64,000 bases of DNA from Caldilineales bacterium. Its GTDB lineage: Bacteria > Chloroflexota > Anaerolineae > J102. The translations under genes were made by a program, and so were the position numbers. A model generated the notes under the pieces. That model was not told where the DNA came from and made no database searches. It saw only the letters and a program-made list of their open reading frames with translations. The number at the start of each line of letters is the position of its first letter. The first letter of the stretch is position 1. The stretch spans positions 45,554-109,553 of the forward strand of contig JAGFJG010000001.1 of NCBI GenBank assembly GCA_024102915.1. The letters are read 5' to 3'. Of this stretch, positions 6,787 to 15,114 are shown one piece after another.

Positions 6787-9324
6787 CTACTCCACCGTCA
6801 CATAATCGTATACCGCCTGCTGATTGCCATCCACGTCTTCCACGATAAAACCGACGATGTATCGACCCGCAGCCGCATCCAGATCGACCCATTCGAACGG
6901 CTGCTCGCCAAACGTCAGCGTCTTGCCCGCCTCCGAGGCTTTGCCCACCACCTTGCCATTGGCGTCCAGATCCAGCCAGGTCTCGATCACCGTGAAAGTG
7001 TCGCCGGGTTGCGGCACGATCTCGCGCGGCGCTCCCGCCCCGCCCTCGCCCGTGAAACCGAAAACGGACTGCAAAACGCCATTGGCGAAATACAGCCGGG
7101 CGTTGCGTTGTTCGCCGTCATCGGCATAGGTATAAAATCCATCGACCGTATAGACTGCTTCCTCAGCGGTGGCGCCATAATCCTGCGGCGTAAACAACGC
7201 CACGGCATCGGTGTTGCCATCGGAAACGGCGAACACGATCGGCTCCCACTCGAATTCGACCGTGAAATCGCCTTCGCCCCAATCGGGATAGAAGACGCCA
7301 TCGACCTCGCGGGTCTCGCCCGCTTCCAGAAAATCGGTGTCGGCCTGATAGATTGAATTGGCCGCCTCGTCCAAAAATCCCACCAACAGTTTGATGTGCC
7401 CCACATTCTCGCCCGACACGTCGGCGCTGAGCAGGACTGGCTGGCCGGGTGCGGCGGTGTCGGACGACAATCGCAGCGGGGAGACCGTGATATTGCCTTC
7501 GCCCGGCGGACTCACGGCATCGCCACGGTCGGGCACGGCGATGGCATTGGCGGATGGCTCGAACCGCCGCCCGGTGTAGTGATAAGCCAGGAAATCATCC
7601 CACAACGACTCAGATGCAAAACGCCGCGAGATGGCCGTGTACGATTGCGGGCCGGCGGCGGGGGCCTGATACAGCTGGGAGTTGGGGAAATAGATCGATA
7701 CACCGGTCGCACCTTTCTTCTGCGGCCCGTGCTTCTCGGCGATCACCGCATCGTTCACACTCGCCAGAAGCTGTTCAGCGGCTTGCCGGATCGCTCCATC
7801 TCGGCTTTGCTGAGCGACGATTTGGGCGAAGTTGCCCAGGTCGATATAGGGGTTGGGCAGATTTCGCCCGAAGATATTGGTGAAAGAGCGGGCATAACCT
7901 CGCGCCTGCGCCACCGCCCTCTGATCAATGTCCTGCATCGTCGAAGCGAAATGATTCAGACTGCCGATCAGCTCCGGCATCTTCGAAAGATCGATGGCAG
8001 TGAGGGTAATGCTCTGCGAAAGCTGCTGGGTCAGTTGTCCGGCACTGGGGGCGAAGCCGCCGCCACGTCCGGCGAATTCAGCCCGCGCCTGATCATCGAC
8101 GATGCGCTGATCATCCTGAATGTAACTGTCTACGATCGCTCGGCTCAACTCGCCGCCGTCCATATCGGGATTAGCCGCCAGCGCTTGCAAGAAGCCGGTA
8201 TAAGCCCATCCCAGGGCAGGCTCGGTTTCCTGCGAAGCCACAGCAAACCGGGCGTGCGGGGCCAAGGCGTCGAACACTTCCACATGCCCCATCAGGCAGG
8301 CATCCAAACCGATCAGGTCTAGCTTATCGACGCCGGTGCGGTTGCGGATTTCGGTCAGTGCATCATCCAGCTCGTGCAGGTAGAGTTGGTCGCCGAGGGC
8401 GCTGGTAAGAGGGATGCTGCGGTCGCTGCCGCCCGAAGCCGTGGGGTCGCTCCAGCCGCCCGGCCAGCCCAGGCCGTGATCGGAGAGGATGAGGGCGTAT
8501 TTGTCGGACGGGAAAGTCTCGACCGCCCAGGTGACGAAATCGACCAGCGTATCGGCATCCGCCATATTCGCTTCACCCAGATCGGCGATCTGTTGCGAGC
8601 GCACTTTGTTGAGATCATCGTCCTGGGTCACGTAGTATCGCCGGGTGGAGTCCCAGTCGCCGTCGCCGCGATAGCCTGCCCGGAATCGGTCAAGTTGGGT
8701 GACGATGTGCACCCGATCGGTGGAACCGATGCGCTCGGCCTCGTTCATGTCGACATAGATATCCTGTTCCAGGATTTTATCGTCGGCATCCTGGTAAAGC
8801 ATGACGAGCCAGGTGTCGCCGTCGCCGGTCGCCGGAGGGGGAGGCGTGAACGGTCGGGGTGTGGCCGTGGGCAGTTCCTCGATCGGCGCGATAGCTGCCG
8901 CCGGCAATTCGGTCGGCTGCGGAGCGCTGGCGGGGATGGGCGTATCGTCGCCGCCACGCATCATAAACAGCGCCACGCAGATAAAGGCGATGACGATCAA
9001 TCCGATGAGCAACAGGGGCGAGCGTGGCATGCCGCCACCGCCGCCGGATGGGCGAGGCGGGCGCGCCATCCCGCCGGAACTGGACGGTGGTCGCGGCGTG
9101 GAGGGAGGCGGGGTCGCGCCGCCGCTGCTGGGGCGATCACGTTGGGGGGCTTCCGCCCGTTCTCGTTCGCCCGAACTCGAAGTCGTCTTGCGGCGGCGAC
9201 CTGCCCGCACAGTGCGCTTTTCACCGCTGCCCGAACTGCTCTGCGTCAGGAAGAATTGATCTGCCCAAGGTGAGAGAACACTGGTTTGCTGTGTCGCCGA
9301 AGCGAATATCGGTTGAAATCTCAT
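6787..9324 (-). CDS. Membrane-anchored clostripain-family (peptidase C11) cysteine protease with C-terminal beta-rich domains
   Basis: 845 aa. The His/Cys dyad contexts are ALILSDHGLGWPGGW and LDLIGLDACLMGHVEV, followed by ASQETEPALGW. The N-terminus is a ~100-aa Arg/Ser/Gly/Pro-rich segment followed by one TM (LLLIGLIVIAFICVALFMM). The true start may be an internal Met. Confidence 0.85.
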   Translation of the reverse strand: MRFQPIFASATQQTSVLSPWADQFFLTQSSSGSGEKRTVRAGRRRKTTSSSGERERAEAPQRDRPSSGGATPPPSTPRPPSSSGGMARPPRPSGGGGGMPRSPLLLIGLIVIAFICVALFMMRGGDDTPIPASAPQPTELPAAAIAPIEELPTATPRPFTPPPPATGDGDTWLVMLYQDADDKILEQDIYVDMNEAERIGSTDRVHIVTQLDRFRAGYRGDGDWDSTRRYYVTQDDDLNKVRSQQIADLGEANMADADTLVDFVTWAVETFPSDKYALILSDHGLGWPGGWSDPTASGGSDRSIPLTSALGDQLYLHELDDALTEIRNRTGVDKLDLIGLDACLMGHVEVFDALAPHARFAVASQETEPALGWAYTGFLQALAANPDMDGGELSRAIVDSYIQDDQRIVDDQARAEFAGRGGGFAPSAGQLTQQLSQSITLTAIDLSKMPELIGSLNHFASTMQDIDQRAVAQARGYARSFTNIFGRNLPNPYIDLGNFAQIVAQQSRDGAIRQAAEQLLASVNDAVIAEKHGPQKKGATGVSIYFPNSQLYQAPAAGPQSYTAISRRFASESLWDDFLAYHYTGRRFEPSANAIAVPDRGDAVSPPGEGNITVSPLRLSSDTAAPGQPVLLSADVSGENVGHIKLLVGFLDEAANSIYQADTDFLEAGETREVDGVFYPDWGEGDFTVEFEWEPIVFAVSDGNTDAVALFTPQDYGATAEEAVYTVDGFYTYADDGEQRNARLYFANGVLQSVFGFTGEGGAGAPREIVPQPGDTFTVIETWLDLDANGKVVGKASEAGKTLTFGEQPFEWVDLDAAAGRYIVGFIVEDVDGNQQAVYDYVTVE

Positions 9325-9434
9325 GGTTTCCTGTTATGTATTCACGGGTCCCGGGGAGGGTTTTCGGTGGGGAAATCGAGTGTATGGTATCATCGTGCCC
9401 CGCCGCGCGCAATCAAAACCGGCCTTGAAACTTC

Positions 9435-10610
9435 ATGCAACAATCAGCGAAAATCAGTATTTTGGGACTCGAACCAGGTCGTGTGCAATTGGCGTCACAC
9501 GACCCGCGCTGGGCCGCGCTTTTCCAGCAAGAAAAGGAACGTCTGAGCGATGCGATCGGCGAATTCGTCCTCGACATTCAGCACGTGGGCAGCACCTCGA
9601 TCCCCGACATCCCCGCCAAGCCCATTCTCGATATCGGTGTCGCAGTTCATAACTTTGAACAGGCGCGCGTTTGCATCCAACCAATGCTCCAACTCGGTTA
9701 CGAGTACAAGGGCGAATTCGGCATCCCGCGACGACACTATTTCGTCAGCGGGGAGCCGCGCACCCACCACGTGCACATGAATGAGATCGGCGGCAAGGAT
9801 TGGGAAACGCAAATCCTTTTTCGAGACTACCTGCGCGCCCATCCCGTCGCGGCCGGGCGATATGCGATGCTCAAGCAGGAGCTTGCCGCCCAATTCCCCG
9901 ACGACCGGGACGCCTATCTCGATGGCAAAGCGCCTTTCATTCAATCGACACTGGCCGATGCTTATGGCTGGGTGGCGACGCTCCCGCTGGACGAAGACCG
10001 ATTGCATTATGCCACGCAAGTCCTGGCCGGCCGCGACCCCGACCTGGCTCGCGTGGTCGAGCGTTTCGGCCTTCCCCCGCTGTGGTCTCGCCCGGCCGGT
10101 TTCACCACCCTGATCCACATCATCCTCGAACAGCAGGTGTCGCTGGCTTCGGCCAACGCCGCCTTCACCCGTTTGCAGGCCGCGGTGTCGTCACTCACCC
10201 CGCAAGCTTTCCTGAAATTGGATGACGACGCCCTGCGCTCAATCGGTTTCAGCCGCCAGAAGACGCGCTACGGCCGCTTGCTGGCCCAGGCCTTGCTCGC
10301 TGGCGAAATCGACTTGCAATCATTACATCATCTGAGCGACGACGAGGCCCGCAAAACTTTGATGCGCGTCAAAGGCATCGGCCATTGGACGGCCAACATC
10401 TATCTGATGGAAACGCTGCTGCGTCCCGACATCTGGCCCGTCGGCGATCTGGCCCTAGCCAACGCCGCTCGCGAGGTCAAGGGTCTAACCGAGCGCCCCC
10501 ACGCCAACCAACTCGAATCCCTGGGCGAACCCTGGCGGCCGTGGCGCTCTGTAGCCGCGCGAATTCTCTGGCATCATTATCTTTCGATTCGAGGCATGAC
10601 ACTTGACTAA
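9435..10610 (+). CDS. Fusion protein: GrpB (UPF0157) domain + HhH-GPD DNA-3-methyladenine glycosylase II (AlkA-like)
   Basis: N-terminal half: VQLASHDPRWAALFQQEKERL...IQHVGSTSIPDIPAKPILDI...THHVHM...RDYLRAHP (GrpB). C-terminal half: LIHIILEQQVSLASANAAF...MRVKGIGHWTANIYLM...DIWPVGDLAL...PWRPWRSVAARILWHHY (HhH-GPD with the catalytic Asp context). Confidence 0.85.
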   Translation: MQQSAKISILGLEPGRVQLASHDPRWAALFQQEKERLSDAIGEFVLDIQHVGSTSIPDIPAKPILDIGVAVHNFEQARVCIQPMLQLGYEYKGEFGIPRRHYFVSGEPRTHHVHMNEIGGKDWETQILFRDYLRAHPVAAGRYAMLKQELAAQFPDDRDAYLDGKAPFIQSTLADAYGWVATLPLDEDRLHYATQVLAGRDPDLARVVERFGLPPLWSRPAGFTTLIHIILEQQVSLASANAAFTRLQAAVSSLTPQAFLKLDDDALRSIGFSRQKTRYGRLLAQALLAGEIDLQSLHHLSDDEARKTLMRVKGIGHWTANIYLMETLLRPDIWPVGDLALANAAREVKGLTERPHANQLESLGEPWRPWRSVAARILWHHYLSIRGMTLD

Positions 10611-11799
10611 GCGATCACAAACTCATCAGGGTTTTGTACCCGTCCCCGGCACAGAGCTTTTCTACGAAGTGCAGGGCGAAGGCCCGCCGTTGGTCCTGGT
10701 GCATGCAGGCATCGCCGACCACCGTATGTGGGACGCCCAGGTCGCCCACTTCAGCGACCGCCATCGGGTCATCCGCTACGATGTGCGTGGCTTTGGCCGA
10801 TCGATGAATCCGGCCGGGGAATATGCCGATCACGAGGATTTGTTGGCGGTTTTCAATCACCTCGGCATCGAAAAGGCGGCGCTCGTCGGCGCTTCCAATG
10901 GCGGGCGCATCGCCATCGACTTTGCGCTGACCTACCCGCAATATGTTCAGTCTCTGGTATTGGCTGGCGCTTCGGTGGGCGGCTTTGAATACAGCGATCA
11001 CGTGGGGGAAGGATGGGAGTTGGAGGAAGAGGCGCTGGAGCGAGGCGACATCTATTCTGCGGCGGAGATCAATCTGCGCATGTGGGTAGATGGGCCTTAC
11101 CGGCGGCCGCACGAAGTCGACCTGACCCTGCGCGAACGCGTGCGCGAGATGCTGCTCACGGCCTTGAGCCTGCCGCCCGGCATGGACGAGGGCGAAGCGC
11201 GCAGATTGCAGCCGCCCGCCATCGAACGCCTGCATGAAATTCACAGCCCCACGCTGGCAATTGTGGGCGCGCTGGAATACGCTGACAAGCTCAAGATCGG
11301 ACAACTGCTCGAAACCGCAATCCCCCGCGCCCGGCTTGTCGTTATGGCCGACACTGCCCACATGCCGTCGATGGAACGACCGGATGAATTCAATCGGCTG
11401 CTGGCCGAATTCCTGCAAGATTTGAACCAGCCCGCCAGTCTGCTCACCGGGCTTGATCACGTGCAGATCGCCATGCCCCCGCATCGCGAGGACGAAGCCC
11501 GCCAATTCTACGGAGAGTTGCTCGGCCTCACCGAAATCCCCAGGCCCAAGCCGCTGGCCGGTCGCGGTGGGTGCTGGTTCCAGGGCACGGGCATCCAGCT
11601 TCATCTGGGCGTGCAGCAGGACTTCGTCCCGGCGACCAAGGCGCACCCTGCCTTTCGCGTCGCCGATCTCGAAGCGCTGCGCCAGCGATTGGAATCTTCG
11701 GGAATCCCGGTGATCCCGGACGACAACTTGCCCGGTGTGCGCCGCTTCTACGCCGCTGATCCGTTTGGGAATCGGATTGAGTTTATGGAGGATAGGTAG
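10603..11799 (+). CDS. Fusion protein: alpha/beta-hydrolase + VOC (glyoxalase/bleomycin-resistance fold) domain
   Basis: TTG start overlapping the upstream stop by 8 nt. Hydrolase part: LVLVHAGIADHRMWDAQ...RYDVRGFGRS...ALVGASNGG (GxSxG)...MADTAHMPSMERPDEF. VOC part: LDHVQIAMPPHREDEARQFYGELLGL...HPAFRVADLEAL...FYAADPFGNRIEF. Confidence 0.85.
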   Translation: MTKRSQTHQGFVPVPGTELFYEVQGEGPPLVLVHAGIADHRMWDAQVAHFSDRHRVIRYDVRGFGRSMNPAGEYADHEDLLAVFNHLGIEKAALVGASNGGRIAIDFALTYPQYVQSLVLAGASVGGFEYSDHVGEGWELEEEALERGDIYSAAEINLRMWVDGPYRRPHEVDLTLRERVREMLLTALSLPPGMDEGEARRLQPPAIERLHEIHSPTLAIVGALEYADKLKIGQLLETAIPRARLVVMADTAHMPSMERPDEFNRLLAEFLQDLNQPASLLTGLDHVQIAMPPHREDEARQFYGELLGLTEIPRPKPLAGRGGCWFQGTGIQLHLGVQQDFVPATKAHPAFRVADLEALRQRLESSGIPVIPDDNLPGVRRFYAADPFGNRIEFMEDR

Positions 11800-11873
11800 G
11801 CGGGTTGGTTAGGTTGGATAGTTGGTTGGTCGCAAACTCACCAACCGACCAACTTATCAACTTGCCAACCTAT
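11792..11873. repeat. Long imperfect GGTTGG/CCAACC inverted repeat between convergent genes (bidirectional terminator-like)
   Basis: The 5' arm ataggtaggcgggttggttaggttggatagttggttggt and the 3' arm accaaccgaccaacttatcaacttgccaacctat flank a 9-nt loop. The inner 7 bp are perfect and the outer part is interrupted. The repeat overlaps the stop codon of the minus-strand gene. Confidence 0.6.
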
Positions 11874-13186
11874 TGCCCAATAACGCGGTAAATCTGCCCT
11901 TGCAGATCGAGGACATAAAGCTCGCCCGCTTCGTCCTCGCCAAAGGACGAGATGTTGATTCCGCTCGCCAAAAGCAGCGCAGATTGCCAATTGCCGGAGG
12001 CGTCCTGGCGCAGCCCCCAAATTCGCCCGGAGCAATAATCCCCGAACAAATAGGTTCCGGCCAGCGCGGGGAAATCGGCGCCGCGATAAACATACCCGCC
12101 CGTGATTGAGCAGCCCTGGCTGTGATCATAGTCGAATATCGGTGGCACGCTCCCGGATGTCTCGCAGTTTTGCGCAGGCTGATAACAATGCGCTCCCTCC
12201 ATCGTATTCCAGCCATAATCCTCTCCGCCCCGGCTGGCGGCTGATTGGAAATCCACTTCTTCCCAGCTCCCCTGGCCCACGTCGCCAATATAGAGATCGC
12301 CCGTGGCCCGGTCGAAGGAGAAACGCCAGGGATTGCGCAGACCATACGCCCAGACTTCGGGCGCGGCGCTCTCGCCGTCGGGGAAGGGGTTCTCGATGGG
12401 GATGTCGTATGTCTCGCGGCCTTTCACGTCCAACCGCAACATCTTGCCGAGCAGAGCGTATCGGTTCTCGGCATTGTCCCAGGGGTCGCCAGCCGAGCCG
12501 CCGTCACCCGTGCCGACATAGAGATAACCATCCGGCCCGAATTGGATTTGCCCGCCGTTGTGATTGCGCGCAGGCTGATCGATAGTCAGGACAATCTGGC
12601 CGGAATCGGGATCGGCGATGTTGGGATCATCGGAAACGTGATAGCGTGCGATGACGGTGTCGCCATCGCCTGCCCGCGATGTGTAATTCACGTAGAAGAC
12701 GCCGCTCTCGTCGTAGCCGGGAGCAAATGCCATGCTGAGCAATCCTTGCTCAGAGCCGCCGCTTTCCACCAGATTGCTGATATCGAGGAATGGCGTCGGC
12801 AACAATTCACCCGCCGAGATGATCCGCACCCGACCGGCTGTCTCCACCACGAATATCCGGTTCGAGCCATCGTTCGCGTGGGTGAGGTAAACGATCGGCG
12901 TCGATAAATTGAGTTGGGGTTCGAGAGAGATGGTTGGGGGGAAGGGCGGCAGGGTGGGTTCAGGCGTCGGGGTAGTTGTCGGGGTATCGGTCGCTGCAAC
13001 TGTCGGCGTCGGCGAAGCACTGGGGGTGGGTGATGAGGTTGGGGTTGAAGTTGGCGGTTCGGGCGTCGCCGCTGGTGTCGCGGTCGATTGGGATTCAGTC
13101 TGCACCGGCGTTGCCGGCTGGCTGACGCCACAGGCGACGAGCAAGAGTGGGAAGGTGAGGAAGACAAGGAATCGGAGAAAAATCAT
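11870..13186 (-). CDS. PQQ-dependent sugar dehydrogenase (soluble glucose/sorbosone dehydrogenase family) lipoprotein
   Basis: Lipobox LLLVAC, then an ~80-aa Pro/Thr/Ser linker, then beta-propeller motifs: GLLSMAFAPGY, NHNGGQIQFGPDGYLYVGTGDGG, YAYGLRNPWRFSFD and YIGDVGQGSWEEVD. Confidence 0.85.
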   Translation of the reverse strand: MIFLRFLVFLTFPLLLVACGVSQPATPVQTESQSTATPAATPEPPTSTPTSSPTPSASPTPTVAATDTPTTTPTPEPTLPPFPPTISLEPQLNLSTPIVYLTHANDGSNRIFVVETAGRVRIISAGELLPTPFLDISNLVESGGSEQGLLSMAFAPGYDESGVFYVNYTSRAGDGDTVIARYHVSDDPNIADPDSGQIVLTIDQPARNHNGGQIQFGPDGYLYVGTGDGGSAGDPWDNAENRYALLGKMLRLDVKGRETYDIPIENPFPDGESAAPEVWAYGLRNPWRFSFDRATGDLYIGDVGQGSWEEVDFQSAASRGGEDYGWNTMEGAHCYQPAQNCETSGSVPPIFDYDHSQGCSITGGYVYRGADFPALAGTYLFGDYCSGRIWGLRQDASGNWQSALLLASGINISSFGEDEAGELYVLDLQGQIYRVIGQ

Positions 13187-13237
13187 GAAAATGCAGTCAC
13201 CAAGAATGAGATATATCGCGCGTTTTTTCCGACCGGA

Positions 13238-14122
13238 TCAACCGTCCACGATGTTGGGGCCGAAGTCCTGCCGGAAGTCGTCTGGGATGCGGATCGGGCG
13301 ACCGGTTTTCAAATCCACCCACACCCAGAGCACATGGGCGCGGGCCAGCAGAGCACCGTCGCACACGCGACTCATGGCGTAATGCCGCACCGCCGTCGCC
13401 CGCTTGACATCGGACACCCACGTCGCCAATTCCAGTTCGTCGCCGAAACAGGCCTGCTGCTTGTAGAGAATGCGATAGCGACGAGCGACGATGCCAAAAC
13501 CTTCGGCCATCATCCTTTCCGCCGTCCAGCCATGAGCCGCGCCCACGGCCATGCTGCTCGCTTCGAAAAGGGTGAGATAAACGGCATTGTTCACATGCTG
13601 AGCCATGTCCAAATCCTGCCATTCCACCGCGCGCCGCATGACGAAAACGCCGGGCGGAGGCGGAGGCGCGGTGGGAAATGGCTCGCGGGCGGGACTCGAT
13701 TTCGGTTCGCCGTTCGGCCAGAACGCGGCGACCATCTCGGACGGGATGAGGGTGGGGCGCAACGCCGACGCTTCCAGAAACACCCAGTCGGTCGCGGCTG
13801 AGGCGACCAATTCCCCATCCGATTCCCGGCGCAGTTCATAGGCGCGGCGTGAGCGAAACCGCCGAAAATCCATCACCCACGTGTGCACGATCACCGTGTC
13901 GCCGTAAGTCAGCGGCTGCAAATAGCTGATGTCGGTCTCACGCACCCACCACAGCCGGTCGATGCCCTCGTAATGCGCCATCGAATATCCCGCCGCAGCC
14001 GAGGCGTCGAATGCCGTCTCCTGCATGTAACGCAGGTAATTGGCGTGATTGACGTGCCCAAAGGGATCGCACTCGTAATGGCGCACGCGGAAACGGCGCT
14101 CGTGAATTAACGGCTGATTCAT
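13238..14122 (-). CDS. Tandem hotdog-fold acyl-CoA thioesterase (two 4HBT/YbgC-like domains)
   Basis: The first domain has RVRHYECDPFGHVNHANYLRYMQE. The second domain has VEWQDLDMAQHVNNAVYLTLFE. Confidence 0.8.
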   Translation of the reverse strand: MNQPLIHERRFRVRHYECDPFGHVNHANYLRYMQETAFDASAAAGYSMAHYEGIDRLWWVRETDISYLQPLTYGDTVIVHTWVMDFRRFRSRRAYELRRESDGELVASAATDWVFLEASALRPTLIPSEMVAAFWPNGEPKSSPAREPFPTAPPPPPGVFVMRRAVEWQDLDMAQHVNNAVYLTLFEASSMAVGAAHGWTAERMMAEGFGIVARRYRILYKQQACFGDELELATWVSDVKRATAVRHYAMSRVCDGALLARAHVLWVWVDLKTGRPIRIPDDFRQDFGPNIVDG

Positions 14123-15114
14123 AGGGCAGACATATGTTCGCGGAGCAAGCTCTGGGCGTTGGCGATGATCTGGGCGTGGAGGTCGGAGCCGGCAGCGGTC
14201 AATTCGCCAACCGTCAGCGGCGGGGCGAAACTCAGGCGCGGGGAGAGCGTCAGGCTTCCGGGCAGCAGCAATTGCTGGATCACTTGCAGGAATTCGGCCA
14301 GTTTGTGCTGCCGCCAGACCTCTTTTTGCACGCGCACGATGGGGCTATGCAGCCAGGTCGGGGACAGCACGCCGCTGACGATAGTCACGATCAGCCGGGT
14401 TTCGGGAACCTGCCGCAACAATAATGCCACACTTCGGGACCAGTTCTGCAAAGCGGCACCCGCTCCTGGCAACAGGGCGGGGTCAGGATCGACGACGCCG
14501 GTGGGCAGGATGACCAGCGCCCCGCCTGCGCGCAAATGCTGCACGCCCGCGCGCAGGGCGGTCATGGCGTCGTGCGGGTCGCGGGTCAATTGGATGGCAT
14601 GACTGGAGACGTGCGGCAATGCGTCGAGAAAAGGCAGAGTGCTGCTAAAGACTTTGACATCATCCCTGGGCAGGCTCGCCAAGATGAGCGGCACATCGTA
14701 AGCCCCAGGATGATTGGATGCGATCAGCAATGGCCCACTGGCGGGCAGAAACTCCTTGCCGCGCACCACGGTTTCATCGACAAAACGGCTGAGCAGAGAT
14801 CGGCATGCGGCCGCGAGTCCCATTTCTTCAACCTGCGTATCGACCGCCACGACCAGCCGGGCGCTGGCCTGCGCGGGCAGCCAGAAAATCACCCCCGCCA
14901 GCCGGCTCGCCCAACCGCCCGGCGTGAACCCGAACGCTTTGACGATCTCGACGGTCAGCGCCTGGTGCACAGTCGCCAAACGGGCAGAGTCCGGGCCAGT
15001 TGGCTGCAGGCGTTTGCGCGCCCACAACAGGGCGGCGATCAGGCCCAACACAAGAGCCAGAATCCGCCACAACCGGCGGTTCGACCGAATCATCCTAATC
15101 GTCGAAGTCCTCAT
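14119..15114 (-). CDS. Lysophospholipid (1-acyl-glycerol-3-phosphate) acyltransferase-like membrane protein
   Basis: N-terminal TM, then an HX4D motif in LLIASNHPGAYDVPL. The start is ambiguous: TTG at 15120, ATG at 15114, or ATG at 15093. The first two overlap the ftsK 3' end. The stop overlaps the thioesterase start (ATGA). Confidence 0.7.
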   Translation of the reverse strand: MRTSTIRMIRSNRRLWRILALVLGLIAALLWARKRLQPTGPDSARLATVHQALTVEIVKAFGFTPGGWASRLAGVIFWLPAQASARLVVAVDTQVEEMGLAAACRSLLSRFVDETVVRGKEFLPASGPLLIASNHPGAYDVPLILASLPRDDVKVFSSTLPFLDALPHVSSHAIQLTRDPHDAMTALRAGVQHLRAGGALVILPTGVVDPDPALLPGAGAALQNWSRSVALLLRQVPETRLIVTIVSGVLSPTWLHSPIVRVQKEVWRQHKLAEFLQVIQQLLLPGSLTLSPRLSFAPPLTVGELTAAGSDLHAQIIANAQSLLREHMSAL

